Positions 11,008 to 21,880 of a stretch of 37,305 nt of DNA are shown piece after piece. Positions within the stretch are counted from its first letter, which is position 1. Each line of letters begins with the position of its first letter. The translations under genes and the position numbers were made by a program. The stretch is taken from UHGV virus genome UHGV-0050993. One strand, written 5' to 3'. Under the pieces are notes generated by a model. That model did not search any database. It was not told the origin of the DNA and worked only from the letters and a program-made list of their open reading frames with translations. Source of the stretch: a virus.

Positions 11008-12425
11008 TACTCAATCCTTATCTGAGCGCCAGACAGAGTTACAGGTGACTTCGTGATAACGCGAAGTTTGAAGCCGACATTTTTCCTGATGCGCCCGACA
11101 CGCTTCCACAAAACGCGTTTGTCGTAAACGAACGGTTCATTCTGCTCAATCATCTGCTCACGCCCGTAATTGATGCCGTCAGTGGTTGCAGAGAGAAAAA
11201 GGCGGTCGGCGTACTGCGCAACGCCAGTTGACGATTCAACCTCAAGGTCGAACACTCTGGCGTTATCCGCTTTGAACAACGGAGTAAACAGCAGGTGTTC
11301 CTGTTGCTTGTCGTACTGGCTGCTGATATCGAACTGCAATTTGCCGGTCACGGACTCCAGCTTATCGCCGCACGTTATCTGATTGCCTTCGTAAATGAAG
11401 TCAATGGCGCGGTACACATCGTCATACAGGCCTGTTTTCAGTACACACCATTGCGGACCATTGGCGCTTGAAGATGCGTCGTACACCAGAACATGGCGCG
11501 GAAGATGGATAATCAGCAGCTCATGAGCATCAAAGCGCAACGATTCCATCACGCCATCAGCCAGTTCATCAGCAGTGTAGGAGCGGAGGATTTTCTCAAT
11601 GCTCGCGCTGGCGATTGGTGACACCTGCCCGGAGCCGATGATATACACAGACGGCGCACCTGTTGCCGGATTGCTGATGAACGCATAAGAATCAGCGAAT
11701 GGCGTTTTGCAGTAAGTCCCGGCGATGCCTTTCTGCACCATCAGTGATGGCTGTGCGACATACAAAGCAGCACCAACAGTTGTTGCGCCAGTCAGGGAGA
11801 AATATTCAATCGTCGATGAACCAAAGCAGACGATGAAGTCTCGCCATGTACCTATGCCGATGATGCCGTCAGGCTGCGATTCTGCACGATATTGTGCGCT
11901 GTAGCGGTCAGGGTGCGATTCGTCTTCAAGGTCAGTGATAAACCATGAATCAGTTCCGTCTTTTGACCACGCATAACGCCCACGTAAGCGTGTAATGTCG
12001 CGGACTGAGCCTAACTCATACTGCGTGAATCCGCTGTCTGTAGGCCAGTTTGAGACGGTTTTAACCGTGCCATCATAGCGATACTCGACCAGTTGACCAT
12101 TAACGCCTACTGCCTGTGATGTCCTACCGTGTGCCATTGATACGCGACCACTTCCGGCAACATCACCGACCTCGCTTTCGCCCTTATACAGCTTGCCGCC
12201 ACACACGCGATATACAGCATTCTGCGCCATGTTGTACTCGACGCCGCGCGATACGCCGTTCACATCAGAACGTTTGGCAATGCCCGGGAATGAGCGAAGA
12301 TATCCGCTGCTGTTCAGGATTTCTTTGGGCGTAGCCAACATATTCACTGGCAGATAGTCGATATAGTCGGCGTTTCGGAAGTCTTTGCCGACACCTTTCA
12401 TAAGCGGAAGTTGCTGAATCGGCAT
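11007..12425 (-). CDS. Tail accessory protein, P22 gp10-like
   Basis: 472 aa, same length and position as P22 gp10. Confidence 0.8.
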   Translation of the reverse strand: MPIQQLPLMKGVGKDFRNADYIDYLPVNMLATPKEILNSSGYLRSFPGIAKRSDVNGVSRGVEYNMAQNAVYRVCGGKLYKGESEVGDVAGSGRVSMAHGRTSQAVGVNGQLVEYRYDGTVKTVSNWPTDSGFTQYELGSVRDITRLRGRYAWSKDGTDSWFITDLEDESHPDRYSAQYRAESQPDGIIGIGTWRDFIVCFGSSTIEYFSLTGATTVGAALYVAQPSLMVQKGIAGTYCKTPFADSYAFISNPATGAPSVYIIGSGQVSPIASASIEKILRSYTADELADGVMESLRFDAHELLIIHLPRHVLVYDASSSANGPQWCVLKTGLYDDVYRAIDFIYEGNQITCGDKLESVTGKLQFDISSQYDKQQEHLLFTPLFKADNARVFDLEVESSTGVAQYADRLFLSATTDGINYGREQMIEQNEPFVYDKRVLWKRVGRIRKNVGFKLRVITKSPVTLSGAQIRIE

Positions 12426-12434
12426 TTATTCACC

Positions 12435-12896
12435 TCACGTACTCGGATCATCTTTCTCGATGTAAAACCGATTCCACGTAAACGCGCTTTTGTTACCACT
12501 ACCGCGAGGCATGTCATTTCGCCGCTCAAGTGGTGGTATTTTGGTTAAAGCGATACAGATTGTCTGATATGCACTGTCAGCAGCGGTAAGGAGAGCGTCT
12601 GACGGCTGAATGACGTTATCCATGCACACTTGCACAGCGAGTTTCAAAGCGACGCCATCATTTGCCCATGCAGGGATACCTGAATCATCGTCAGGTAACG
12701 GCATGATGCCGTTTTCTGTATCAGCAAACTGATACCCAAGCTCGATACCTTTAGCCTGCCATGCTGCCATCATGTCTTCGAGGTCATTAATGGCATCTTC
12801 AATTGCCTGAGGGTCAGCATCTGTCAACGTTGCATTGGAATACAGCCCAGCTTTTCGTAAAGCCTTTAGAACGAGATCACCCTTCGTTTTCGCCAT
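12435..12896 (-). CDS. Head completion / tail adaptor protein, P22 gp4-like
   Basis: 153-aa ORF immediately upstream of gp10 homolog. Confidence 0.75.
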   Translation of the reverse strand: MAKTKGDLVLKALRKAGLYSNATLTDADPQAIEDAINDLEDMMAAWQAKGIELGYQFADTENGIMPLPDDDSGIPAWANDGVALKLAVQVCMDNVIQPSDALLTAADSAYQTICIALTKIPPLERRNDMPRGSGNKSAFTWNRFYIEKDDPST

Positions 12897-13065
12897 CTTC
12901 TTCCGCCTTAGCCACTTTTTGCTTCGTTGCGGTTTCTTCAGGAGTTTTTACCCAACCTTTTTTCAGGTGAGATTTAACTTCTTCGTCATCAACAATGATG
13001 TAATCGACAGCAAACTGACCACAGGTGATCATGTTGCCAGGCTTATAGAGCATTGTTCGTGCCAT
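12877..13065 (-). CDS. Small hypothetical protein between coat and gp4
   Basis: ORF 12877..13104; likely start MARTMLYK at 13065; overlaps gp4 start by 20 bp. Confidence 0.4.
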   Translation of the reverse strand: MARTMLYKPGNMITCGQFAVDYIIVDDEEVKSHLKKGWVKTPEETATKQKVAKAEEDGENEG

Positions 13066-13106
13066 TGTCTTCTCCCAATAAAAATGGGGCCGAAGCCCCA
13101 CCAAAA

Positions 13107-14360
13107 TTACTGCCCGGCAATAACGATGCCCGTATATTCAGGAACCAGTACAGAGCAACCGTACAGAGTGGTGAAACGCGCAGTGGTTACACCTTTGATG
13201 TGGTCGAAGGCGTAAGACATGATCAGCGTAGCGCCCTGCTCGGTGGTTGCTGTCATTACCTGTGGCCCCTGACCAGTCGGGAACGCCAGTTTGCCGTACA
13301 TCAGCTCAACAGAACCATCAGCCCAGAACAGGTTAGCAGGTGCTGCGTTCTTGTTGAGAATGGTGATTGCTGCTGATGCTGCCGGCTTGGCATCGACGTT
13401 TGCATATGGACGACTCGCAACATCGGCATTTTCAACAGGGAGAATCTTTGGAGAGATTGTTACGGTAGTTCCGCTAACAGCCAGAACACGGAATACCTGC
13501 GGTTGCCCGGTGGTATCTTTTGTGATCTGGTGTACGGAATTCACACCGGCAATGGTGAACGCATCACCAACCTGCAAGCCAGATGCAGATACCGTAATAG
13601 TCCCCTGTCGGTTATCAACTGGCATACCATTTGAATCTTTCGCTTCAACCTTGTGTTCAGGTTGGCCTGATACTGTCAAGGATTCAGCGCTTCCTTTCGG
13701 TAATCGACCAGAAATATCGGTCTTGTAGCTATCAAAGGAAGCAACCGGAGGGATCTGCGCTTTTTCGTATGCTGTCAGGGTTGCGCCCTGAGCGTAAGCA
13801 CGGTGACCAAGCTCGCCAGCAAGGTCTTTGTAGTTGAAGGGGTTCCAGAAAGAGCGACGGTTGATACCCTGAGGTACACCAATCGCCGTCATGGTGGCAT
13901 CAATACCTGCCGCACAGTTCCACAAATCACGGCCCTGTGTACCTGTGGTTGAGTCAGCCATCGTGATCACGTTAGTAGCACGCTGCGTGACCATGGAAAT
14001 CAGGTCAGAGTCAATCTGTGCAGCAAGGCGCATACCTGCGGCGCGACCAGCTTCAGTTTTATGCTCAGGGTCACGCATTTCACGCGCATCCAGAGTGTAC
14101 AGAATGTTTTTCGGCTCCTTGAACACTGAAGGAACAAGACGCTGAACCAGTGCTGTTGGCGTTTTGCTGCTGAGGTCGAGGCCTTCCTCAATGTTCATGT
14201 GGTAATGCTGCGGACGATACAGAACATCACCTGCTCGCTGCATTGCTGTATCACCGGGACGGAATTTTTTAGCGTTACGGGAAACTACGCAGGCGGCCTC
14301 AAAGCCTTCAACGTAGTTTTCGAACATGATTTCAAGGTCTTTTGCTAATTGGTTAGCCAT
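13107..14360 (-). CDS. Major capsid (coat) protein
   Basis: 417-aa ORF downstream of scaffold gene; position and weak motif similarity to P22/Sf6 coat proteins. Confidence 0.8.
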   Translation of the reverse strand: MANQLAKDLEIMFENYVEGFEAACVVSRNAKKFRPGDTAMQRAGDVLYRPQHYHMNIEEGLDLSSKTPTALVQRLVPSVFKEPKNILYTLDAREMRDPEHKTEAGRAAGMRLAAQIDSDLISMVTQRATNVITMADSTTGTQGRDLWNCAAGIDATMTAIGVPQGINRRSFWNPFNYKDLAGELGHRAYAQGATLTAYEKAQIPPVASFDSYKTDISGRLPKGSAESLTVSGQPEHKVEAKDSNGMPVDNRQGTITVSASGLQVGDAFTIAGVNSVHQITKDTTGQPQVFRVLAVSGTTVTISPKILPVENADVASRPYANVDAKPAASAAITILNKNAAPANLFWADGSVELMYGKLAFPTGQGPQVMTATTEQGATLIMSYAFDHIKGVTTARFTTLYGCSVLVPEYTGIVIAGQ

Positions 14361-14378
14361 GCTTAATGCTCCGATAGG

Positions 14379-15272
14379 TTATTTTTTTGCCTTTTTAGCG
14401 GCGAAATACGGCGTCCAGTCACCAGTTTCCAGCGCCTTGGCTTTCAGTTTGTCGAGGTTATTGATTACTGCGCCGTTGCCCCCCTTAACTGTCGGGGTTG
14501 TGGCTGCCGTGGTTTTTGCTTTTGGCATGATTCTGGCCTTAGATTCGATACGTTCCAGCAGACGACCAATTGCTACGGGGTTGGTAGCTTCTGCCAGTTG
14601 CTTGCGCAGTTCAGCGTTGCGACCAAGCGCCAGAACAACGATTTCCGGCTTCTCTGACTCAAACAGGATCGCGTTTTGTGTCTCGATGGGGATTTCCTCG
14701 AGTACGGCCTGTTCTGCTTCCTGATAGCCAGGAACCTTGAGAGCCTTAACACGTTGCTGATATTTGGATAATCGCTCTTGATAAGCAGCCTGAAGCTCCT
14801 GCTCCTTCTGCTTGCGAGCCATCTCCTGTTGCTGGTACTTTCCGTTATCCTCTGCCCACTTAGCCATGCGTTGCTGATAGATTTCTTCATCGAAACCGAT
14901 GTCCTCATCATCCAGTTTTGGCATTCGCGGTGGTTGAGTGATTACCGGCTGCTGCTCGACGGGTTTCTGAGACTGACGCATCAGCTCTTTCAGCTCTCGG
15001 TCTTTCTCTTTAATCGTCTTGCGCAGGTGTTTTACCAGTCCATGCTCTGCGCTATCTTCGCTGGTTGGCGAATCCAGCTTTTCGTCACCAAAGTAGAATT
15101 CCTGTTCTGATTCGTCGTCATCAGTTTCAGTAGCTTCCTCTGCATCATTGCCAGAGGACTCACTGCCATCTTCTGTTTCGACTTCTTCAGCCAGTTCGAC
15201 ATCATCAGGAATCTGCTCTGACGCGTCGGTTTCGATTTCAACTTCTGGTGTGTTTTCTGCCATCTGGTCCAT
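14379..15272 (-). CDS. Scaffolding protein
   Basis: 297-aa acidic, coiled-coil-rich protein (long D/E tracts) between portal and coat; typical scaffold composition. Confidence 0.8.
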   Translation of the reverse strand: MDQMAENTPEVEIETDASEQIPDDVELAEEVETEDGSESSGNDAEEATETDDDESEQEFYFGDEKLDSPTSEDSAEHGLVKHLRKTIKEKDRELKELMRQSQKPVEQQPVITQPPRMPKLDDEDIGFDEEIYQQRMAKWAEDNGKYQQQEMARKQKEQELQAAYQERLSKYQQRVKALKVPGYQEAEQAVLEEIPIETQNAILFESEKPEIVVLALGRNAELRKQLAEATNPVAIGRLLERIESKARIMPKAKTTAATTPTVKGGNGAVINNLDKLKAKALETGDWTPYFAAKKAKK

Positions 15273-15362
15273 TTGTTACCCCTGTTTACTCGATGTTCAG
15301 CCCATCGGAAGGCAATAGGGTGCCAGGCCTCATAAAGACAGCCATTGCACGTTATGGGTTAA

Positions 15363-17561
15363 TTACTGCTGTGGTTGTTGCTGAGTTGATTTTTGCAGGA
15401 TGCTGCTGATGTCCATGCGCTGCGCATGACCCTGCGCCTGACTTTTCAGGACAAGCTCTGCATCAGCACGGGCATTGTCTCCTTGCTGTTGCTGGAACTG
15501 TCCGAGCAGTTTCAGAGCCTCGCGGATATCAGATTTCTGCTGGCTATCGGCAGATGCGAGGATTTTCACAACATTTGCCGCTGCAACCTGAGCATCAGTC
15601 TGTGCCTGGAATGCTTTAACCTGAATGGCTGCCTGTTCGTTCTGCGCTTTCTGCAATTCAGCCTGACCAGCAAGAAGCTGACCTTGCGCTGCAACCATAG
15701 CCGGATCTGGCTGACTGGCCTGTTGTTGTTTCGCCTGTTCAACCATCTGCTGTTCTTCAGGCGTTCTCGGCTTGATAACGCCAGACAGAAGCAACTGATT
15801 GCGGTTGTATTCTTTCAGGTCGTCCATCCCTTCGCCGTCCATATTGTCGAGAATCATCGACGATACAAGGTCGTGCTTCGGAGTTCCTGGTGGGATAAGT
15901 GCCAGCATGGAAAGTAACGACTTAACCGTTGCATCACGGCGAGTAGCGAACGACTGGCCAACATCGACAGTCACTTCATAGTTACCCTGCGAAAGGTCAT
16001 TAAGCGCGATAACCTGCCCTGTCTGACGGTCAACCACTTCACCAGTCATCAGCGCCACGTCATCGCTGCCGTCCTCATTAACGATACGCATCGGCGTATC
16101 ACTGCCATAGACTTCACGAGCCATAGAAAGCCACACGACGCCAGCGCGGCGCATGGATTTAGCCATGTTGTCCATGTAGATATAGGACTGCGTATCCATC
16201 CGGTTAAAAATGCTATCAACGGTATCGGTGGCGATGTTGCTCGGCATGTTCTCAAGCTGCGACGCACCTGTAATTTGCTGAATAGCCGTTCCGGTGTACT
16301 GCAATAGCCCGGCAAGAGCAGGAGGCATTTGTGTCGGAGGTGTCCAGCCAGCAACCTGAGCCTCTGAAATGACCGTTCCGTTTTTGTCCTTCTTGCTGGT
16401 CATGGGAAGAACTGCAGGTCTTTTCTTATTCCTCTCTGCCCAGTGATTCATTAATGGGCCGGGAATGAAATCAACATCCACGATAGGAATGCCATCACCG
16501 CCAGCCTGAGTAGCGTTATCTGCAATCATGGAAACCATCAGGTTCTCAAGACGCTGTGCATCCATCGCTTTTGCTGCGTGGCCTTCGATTCGCTCCTGAT
16601 TATCAACAAATGAGCGACGCCCATATACCGGGATGAGAGGAATATGTTCACCCGGAATACGCTTCGGTTCTTCCAGCCATTCAGCGCCAGACAGAAGACC
16701 GCAATAAACTCGGCGTTTCTTCACCGTTCGCTCGCCAATCAGTTCGAATGCACCATCGGTCAGCTCGTCGACAATATCTTTGATTTGCTCTTCATCATAG
16801 ATTGCCGTTTCTCCGCTAACAGGGTTGCGCCACGCCGTGAGCTTCACCTTCTCTATGCGAACTTCGTAGTAGCGTCCAACATAGATGGCATCGGGCGTTG
16901 ACCAGTCATATTGAGTGCCAGTGTCATCACGAGAAAGGCTTGCCGCGATGGAATCAGGGTATTCAGCCTCGAAAGCTTTAGGCGTCATGGAGAACATTTC
17001 CATAGCCCACATAGCATCAGAGCGGTCATATTGCTTGCTGTCCTGATCGAAGAAGACGCATGTCGCTGGGTCGTAAACAGGAAGAAGGCTGATGCGTCGC
17101 TGCTCGTTACTCGGATCCATTTCATCTTCGTAATCGGCACACATGCGGAAACAACCGAATCCGCCCGTTACAGCATCATCAAATGCGTTATCACACGCTT
17201 CGCCACCTGATGTTTCCTGATAGTCAGCGCGGAATTTGCCGTTCATTTTTTCGGCTAACGCTTCCGATGCCTTGTCATCCTTCGGCCTGAATTTAACGCT
17301 TATGCGATTCTGTCGATACTCGCCAATGATGCGATCACATTCACGGGCAATCTTATTCAGTTCAAAGCGCGGGTAATGCTCAAACCTGCCTTCATCAAAT
17401 GAGTAACCAGCGTTTGTGCTGCCTTCCCACTGTGCGCCGGACACCCTGACGAAACGTTGAGCCTCAATAATCTGCTCACGCATATCCTGCGTTGCTGACC
17501 AGGCATTATCAAAGTTGCACAGCACCTTGCGATGCCAGTCAGTCATCTTTTTTTCTGCCAT
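15363..17561 (-). CDS. Portal protein, P22 gp1-like
   Basis: 732 aa (P22 portal 725 aa), downstream of terminase large subunit; Q-rich C-terminal barrel-like tail. Confidence 0.85.
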   Translation of the reverse strand: MAEKKMTDWHRKVLCNFDNAWSATQDMREQIIEAQRFVRVSGAQWEGSTNAGYSFDEGRFEHYPRFELNKIARECDRIIGEYRQNRISVKFRPKDDKASEALAEKMNGKFRADYQETSGGEACDNAFDDAVTGGFGCFRMCADYEDEMDPSNEQRRISLLPVYDPATCVFFDQDSKQYDRSDAMWAMEMFSMTPKAFEAEYPDSIAASLSRDDTGTQYDWSTPDAIYVGRYYEVRIEKVKLTAWRNPVSGETAIYDEEQIKDIVDELTDGAFELIGERTVKKRRVYCGLLSGAEWLEEPKRIPGEHIPLIPVYGRRSFVDNQERIEGHAAKAMDAQRLENLMVSMIADNATQAGGDGIPIVDVDFIPGPLMNHWAERNKKRPAVLPMTSKKDKNGTVISEAQVAGWTPPTQMPPALAGLLQYTGTAIQQITGASQLENMPSNIATDTVDSIFNRMDTQSYIYMDNMAKSMRRAGVVWLSMAREVYGSDTPMRIVNEDGSDDVALMTGEVVDRQTGQVIALNDLSQGNYEVTVDVGQSFATRRDATVKSLLSMLALIPPGTPKHDLVSSMILDNMDGEGMDDLKEYNRNQLLLSGVIKPRTPEEQQMVEQAKQQQASQPDPAMVAAQGQLLAGQAELQKAQNEQAAIQVKAFQAQTDAQVAAANVVKILASADSQQKSDIREALKLLGQFQQQQGDNARADAELVLKSQAQGHAQRMDISSILQKSTQQQPQQ

Positions 17562-17562
17562 A

Positions 17563-18978
17563 TCAACCTACACCACAAGGAATTGAGTAACTGGAATAGT
17601 CGGGTTGCGCAGCCGACTCCGGGCAATGCATACACATCATCAACGCATCAGCCAGGTTAGGAGATGGAATACCGAGCTTCTGCTTCATTTCGACCTTAGT
17701 CATAAGCTCCAGCTTCCCGTTGTTATTGAATTTGCGCTGAATCTGCGTCAGTTCTGCAAACAGCTTCTCCAGCATCTTCTCGCCTATCGCTTCTTTGTCG
17801 AAACTCAGCATGTCGTCGGGGTCTGCATACTCACCGTGGACAACCGCCCGATATGTCAGATACAGCCTGTCAGCCAGCGCGTAATAGAATTGCGCTCGCT
17901 TATTGCGGAACACATCGCCAATAGTGCGAACGTTGTCGCCCTGCACGACTTCATCAGCCCATGCCCCAGCCTGATAAGGCGCATCTTCATCGAATGGCGA
18001 TTCGCTGCCCTTGAACATCGTGGCGGTGATTTTCTTACCGGAGAACGCTTCCGTTGTCTGTCTGCGTAGCCCCGCACCGACGCCATCACCATCCCACAGG
18101 TAATGGTCAGCGCCGTCTTCAATCGCCAGCGAAGTTGCCCAGTCAGCACCTTCATTGATGTCCATCAGCAGGCCTTCGGCAATGCGCTTAACTACCGAAC
18201 CGTGGCGCGATGCATAACCTTTAGCATCCGGTCCTGTATCTGACGGGTCATGCGCAGAGACAACAGCGCCTTTCGCCTTCCATCCGAGTTTCTTGTGCGC
18301 ATCGGTTGCGGCTTCAAGCCATTCACGTTTGATGATTGCCATATCACTTGCGCTTACTGGCTCACCAAGCCAGATGTGACGATACAATGTCGGATTTCTG
18401 CGTTTGCACTCTTCCATCTCCAGACGGAGAACTTCAGGAAAGTGCGGGTTGTCGGTGTAGTTCACCGTCAGCAGGCAAATATCATCGGGAGGATTTACAA
18501 CGAATCGCTGATAGGTATCGTCGAGGATGTTTTTCGGGTTGAAGCTCACCCATATTTCGGAAAATGGCTTGCGGATGGTTGGTATCAGGATATCCCATGA
18601 TTCCTTCGTTACCGCTTCCGCTTCCTCCACCCAGCAGATATCAATGCCTTCGAGCGATTTAATCTTCGTCGGGTTGTTTTTGATGCCGTAGAACATGAAC
18701 TCAGCATTCGTTCCGAGATGACGAATCATTGAACGCTGAATTTCAAACTCAGCCGAATACCCTTCCCGCTCTATGGTGTCTTCAAGCAACCGGATTACCG
18801 AATCGCTGATACTGTTTTGCAGCTCACGAGCGCAAAGTATGCGCACAGGCTGCCGACGCGCCGCTTCAACAAGCAGCCTCGCAATTGCCCATGACTTACC
18901 GCTACCTCGACCGCCTTTGGCAACTTTGTAGCGATGCGCCTCAATGAACGGTTCAAAGATAGGATTAATCGAGGTCAT
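17563..18978 (-). CDS. Terminase large subunit
   Basis: 471 aa; Walker A-like KGGRGSGKS near N-terminus; resembles Sf6/P22-like TerL. Confidence 0.9.
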   Translation of the reverse strand: MTSINPIFEPFIEAHRYKVAKGGRGSGKSWAIARLLVEAARRQPVRILCARELQNSISDSVIRLLEDTIEREGYSAEFEIQRSMIRHLGTNAEFMFYGIKNNPTKIKSLEGIDICWVEEAEAVTKESWDILIPTIRKPFSEIWVSFNPKNILDDTYQRFVVNPPDDICLLTVNYTDNPHFPEVLRLEMEECKRRNPTLYRHIWLGEPVSASDMAIIKREWLEAATDAHKKLGWKAKGAVVSAHDPSDTGPDAKGYASRHGSVVKRIAEGLLMDINEGADWATSLAIEDGADHYLWDGDGVGAGLRRQTTEAFSGKKITATMFKGSESPFDEDAPYQAGAWADEVVQGDNVRTIGDVFRNKRAQFYYALADRLYLTYRAVVHGEYADPDDMLSFDKEAIGEKMLEKLFAELTQIQRKFNNNGKLELMTKVEMKQKLGIPSPNLADALMMCMHCPESAAQPDYSSYSIPCGVG

Positions 18979-19415
18979 TTTCCGAATAGAGTGCTCATCG
19001 GTGATGTTTCAATCTGAATTGCGCCGCCGTCTTTGCCTGTTAGCTCGTGATCAACCTTGTCGCGCCATTTATCCTTCTGTCGGTTCTTAAGCCAGAAGAT
19101 GGCGGCGGTTGTATCAGGCGGGTAATACTTCTCAAGCGGAGTTTCGACAATTCTGTTTTCAATAACACGAATATCGATGTCTGGAGCCACAAAGCCCATA
19201 GCGCGTTGATAAAGACGGTCACTAACTTCTGCATCAGCGACGGCCTTACCCTTTTTTATGGACTCCGAAAACTTAGGATAATCAAGCTTCCACTTGTTAA
19301 TAGTTGACTCACTGACTTCAAAGAAATCAGCAAGTTCTGCATCGGTGTAGCCCAGCAAGCACAGTTTGCGTGCCTGTTCGGCATACGCCTCTTGATACTT
19401 TGTTGGGCGCGCCAT
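18975..19415 (-). CDS. Terminase small subunit (Sf6-like)
   Basis: 146 aa; C-terminus ...GKDGGAIQIETSPMSTLFGK as in Sf6 gp1-type small terminase; 4-bp overlap with TerL. Confidence 0.8.
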   Translation of the reverse strand: MARPTKYQEAYAEQARKLCLLGYTDAELADFFEVSESTINKWKLDYPKFSESIKKGKAVADAEVSDRLYQRAMGFVAPDIDIRVIENRIVETPLEKYYPPDTTAAIFWLKNRQKDKWRDKVDHELTGKDGGAIQIETSPMSTLFGK

Positions 19416-19417
19416 GT

Positions 19418-19660
19418 TTATGCTCCGGTAGTGAACAGGTCTAACGCTTCCTTCGATTTACGCACCGCTTCGATAGTTCGAGTCGTGATATCTGAATTAG
19501 CGCCACCTGACTGGAAGTGAATTTTGAATAGCTCAAGCTTCAGCTCGTCAGTGCCAATGAACTGAAATGCTTCTTCTGCGGCTGCGTTCTGGTTCATGAC
19601 CAGCTTGTAAATCTCTAACTGGAATTTCTGTTCTTCAGTCATGGGAATAATCTCTGCCAT
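19418..19660 (-). CDS. Hypothetical protein upstream of small terminase
   Basis: 80-aa ORF tightly packed against TerS start. Confidence 0.55.
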   Translation of the reverse strand: MAEIIPMTEEQKFQLEIYKLVMNQNAAAEEAFQFIGTDELKLELFKIHFQSGGANSDITTRTIEAVRKSKEALDLFTTGA

Positions 19661-19907
19661 TGTTGGCTCCGTTTATCCGTTAAAAGGGATATCAGTTAAG
19701 TTATCCCGTGTAGGGTATAAGCCATTGTCGAGACCACTCATTGAATGGTCTCTGCAATAACCGATGTCTTTCCATCAGTCCGCCACCACAAAGAATCTTT
19801 TTTGCCATAAGGCTGGAGGTTCATCTTTCACTGGCTGCCAGTGTTATTTCCCCACTTACTGGCTTGGGTTGTTTCGCTGTACTGCCGTTAATTAGTGAGT
19901 CCGGGGA

Positions 19908-20393
19908 TTATTTCAGTTCGTTACCAGGCATTTCTTTTAGCTCTTTCAAATGACAACGATTGAGGCTAAACCACTCCCCGTGCGACCTATAGTTGTAATA
20001 TTTTTGGTGCAATTTGGTTTCAAGCTCTCTATCGGCCGGAATCTTTGCAATTAGATTTAGCTTCCCACCACTCATGCGAGATATCTCTGAAATTCGTTTA
20101 TTAACCCTGCGACTAAACCCTATTTTTGTTAGCCCACTATCTTCAGCATGCAGAACGTACACATATGATTTTTGCGAAGCACTGGGTGCGACTTTGTTGT
20201 AATTAATCATGTCAAACATAAAGCCTTGCTTTAGCAAAGTTTCAAAAAAGATAGAATTAACACACCCATTCCTTCTCAGCTCTGCACTTAGCTTGTCAAT
20301 TTCCTCTATGATGTCGCCAGACCCCTTTCCACTTATAAGAAAATCTTGGTACATGCGACCAATTCTTGAGGTAATTTCAACAAAGTTATTCAT
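19908..20393 (-). CDS. T5orf172/GIY-YIG-like domain protein (moron)
   Basis: 161 aa; C-terminal motif YVYVLH...GLTKIGFS...LHQKYYNYRSHGEWF resembles T5orf172 (GIY-YIG superfamily); gene is visibly AT-rich relative to flanking late genes and flanked by non-coding DNA. Confidence 0.6.
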   Translation of the reverse strand: MNNFVEITSRIGRMYQDFLISGKGSGDIIEEIDKLSAELRRNGCVNSIFFETLLKQGFMFDMINYNKVAPSASQKSYVYVLHAEDSGLTKIGFSRRVNKRISEISRMSGGKLNLIAKIPADRELETKLHQKYYNYRSHGEWFSLNRCHLKELKEMPGNELK

Positions 20394-20537
20394 AGCGTTT
20401 ACCTTTTAGAAAGATGAGCCTGTTCGCACAGAAAAGCCGTCCCCGAGATGGTCGCCACCATATACGGCAATTCTCAGGCTCAGCTTTCTGAAAGACTCGG
20501 GATTGTTACGCGCTGCGATGCGCGGTTTACTGCAGAT

Positions 20538-20563
20538 GTAAAAAAGCCCCGCAAATGCGAGGC
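20538..20563 (-). terminator. Rho-independent terminator downstream of Rz
   Basis: On - strand: CCTCGCA-TTTG-CGGGG hairpin followed by CTTTTTTAC. Confidence 0.5.
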
Positions 20564-20737
20564 TAAATCCTGGTATTTGTAATGACTGGCTCTTATCTCA
20601 ACGCAGCCCCTTACTGCGCGCCAGATGCTCAATATCAAGCATCAGCAATGAGATGTTTAATCTGGATTCACTCCAGAAGTGATCATCACCCTGTCTACAG
20701 AGCCAGATGTGAAGGATGATGAGTAAAATTATCGCTA

Positions 20738-21205
20738 TCATCGAAGGCATTGCGTCCTGATGTATTCCTGAAGCGTTCTCAGTGCTGTTTGGTCGCGGAT
20801 AATTCCGTCCCGGACACCGAGAACGTTTCGTCCAGCAACTGGAGAGAGTTCGACGGTGGCATCATTGCCCATGCCGGAGGCGCCGGAGGTTTCGGCTGAG
20901 GATGGCACAGGGCATTTTCCTTTGACGAGCATCCTGCCACCATTATCAAGCTTGCGCCGAAGAGCATCATTTTCAGCTTTCGCATCAGCTAACTCCTTCG
21001 TGTATTTAGCATCGAGTGCATCAGCAGCACGCTGGCGTTGCTGCATGTCAGTAATGGTGGCGGTCGCCTGCTTCAGCTCACTGACTTTTTTATCTCGCTG
21101 TTCTTTGTAGGCGATGGCGTTATCACGGTAGTGATTAACAGCCCATGACAGGCAAACGATGATGCAGATAACCAGAGCGGAGATAATCGCGGTTACTCTG
21201 CTCAT
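20738..21205 (-). CDS. Rz: i-spanin Rz
   Basis: [31 protein letters not shown]... matches lambda Rz N-terminus; ORF track start 21217, MSRVT start at 21205 preferred. Confidence 0.9.
   Translation of the reverse strand: MSRVTAIISALVICIIVCLSWAVNHYRDNAIAYKEQRDKKVSELKQATATITDMQQRQRAADALDAKYTKELADAKAENDALRRKLDNGGRMLVKGKCPVPSSAETSGASGMGNDATVELSPVAGRNVLGVRDGIIRDQTALRTLQEYIRTQCLR
20779..20985 (-). CDS. Rz1: o-spanin Rz1 (embedded in Rz, +1 frame)
   Basis: Embedded ORF with lipobox (LIMVAGC) and proline-rich stretch [11 protein letters not shown], as in lambda Rz1. Confidence 0.8.
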   Translation of the reverse strand: MRKLKMMLFGASLIMVAGCSSKENALCHPQPKPPAPPAWAMMPPSNSLQLLDETFSVSGTELSATKQH

Positions 21206-21705
21206 TGCTGCCCCCACAAACAGACTTCACGCTCAATCTCACGGCGAGTCATCAGCCCTTTCCATTGCTTACCGCCAGCGTATGTCCAGCGACGTAGCTG
21301 GTCACATGCGCCATTGATATCGCCCTGGTTGATTTTGCGAAGAAGCGTCGATGTTCTGAAATTGCCTGCGCCCACGTTATAGACGAACGAATAAAGAGCG
21401 CCGCGCGTTGTTTCCGGTATATCGACTTTGATGTACGGGTTAATTTGTCTGGCGACCGTGGCAAGGTCTTTATTCAGGAGGGCTTTGCATTCTGCTTCGG
21501 TATACGTTTTACCGAGCACGATGTCTTTTCCGGTATGTCCGTGACATACAGTCCATACACCAACAATATCTTTGTATGGTATGTAGCTGACACCTTCCAG
21601 ACCATCGTTACCACTTGGCCCAGTGATTAACACAGATGCTATAGCAATAGCCCCGCCACTTATCGCCGCTATTACGCTATTTCGTAGTGCCGGTGACATT
21701 GCCAT
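21202..21705 (-). CDS. SAR endolysin (phage 21 R-type lysozyme)
   Basis: N-terminal SAR domain ([16 protein letters not shown]) followed by lysozyme catalytic region; resembles R21. Confidence 0.85.
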   Translation of the reverse strand: MAMSPALRNSVIAAISGGAIAIASVLITGPSGNDGLEGVSYIPYKDIVGVWTVCHGHTGKDIVLGKTYTEAECKALLNKDLATVARQINPYIKVDIPETTRGALYSFVYNVGAGNFRTSTLLRKINQGDINGACDQLRRWTYAGGKQWKGLMTRREIEREVCLWGQQ

Positions 21706-21880
21706 TCAATCTGTCCTCGCGCTCTTTGCGCTTGTAGTACCAGTTGATGCCAAATGTGCCGACAGTACAAAGAATACCAATGATGACAGCCCAGTCATTC
21801 AGGGAGAGAATGCCACCCATCGCAGTCAGTCCTCCGAAGCTGTAACTGAACCATTCTCTGATTTTGTCCATACGGTACAT
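21677..21880 (-). CDS. Holin (pinholin-like, class II)
   Basis: 67 aa with two hydrophobic segments, dual-start motif MYRMDK, charged C-terminus; immediately downstream of pR'/6S leader and overlapping endolysin start. Confidence 0.8.
   Translation of the reverse strand: MYRMDKIREWFSYSFGGLTAMGGILSLNDWAVIIGILCTVGTFGINWYYKRKEREDRLNGNVTGTTK

Noticed and set aside
12835-13215. 126-aa + strand ORF spanning the gp4/coat junction
   Set aside because: Antisense to the coat and small-ORF genes in a tightly packed - strand late operon; no independent support.
20721-20765. Tiny + strand ORF ([14 protein letters not shown]) overlapping the Rz stop
   Set aside because: Only 14 codons, no RBS, antisense to the Rz 3' end; considered chance.
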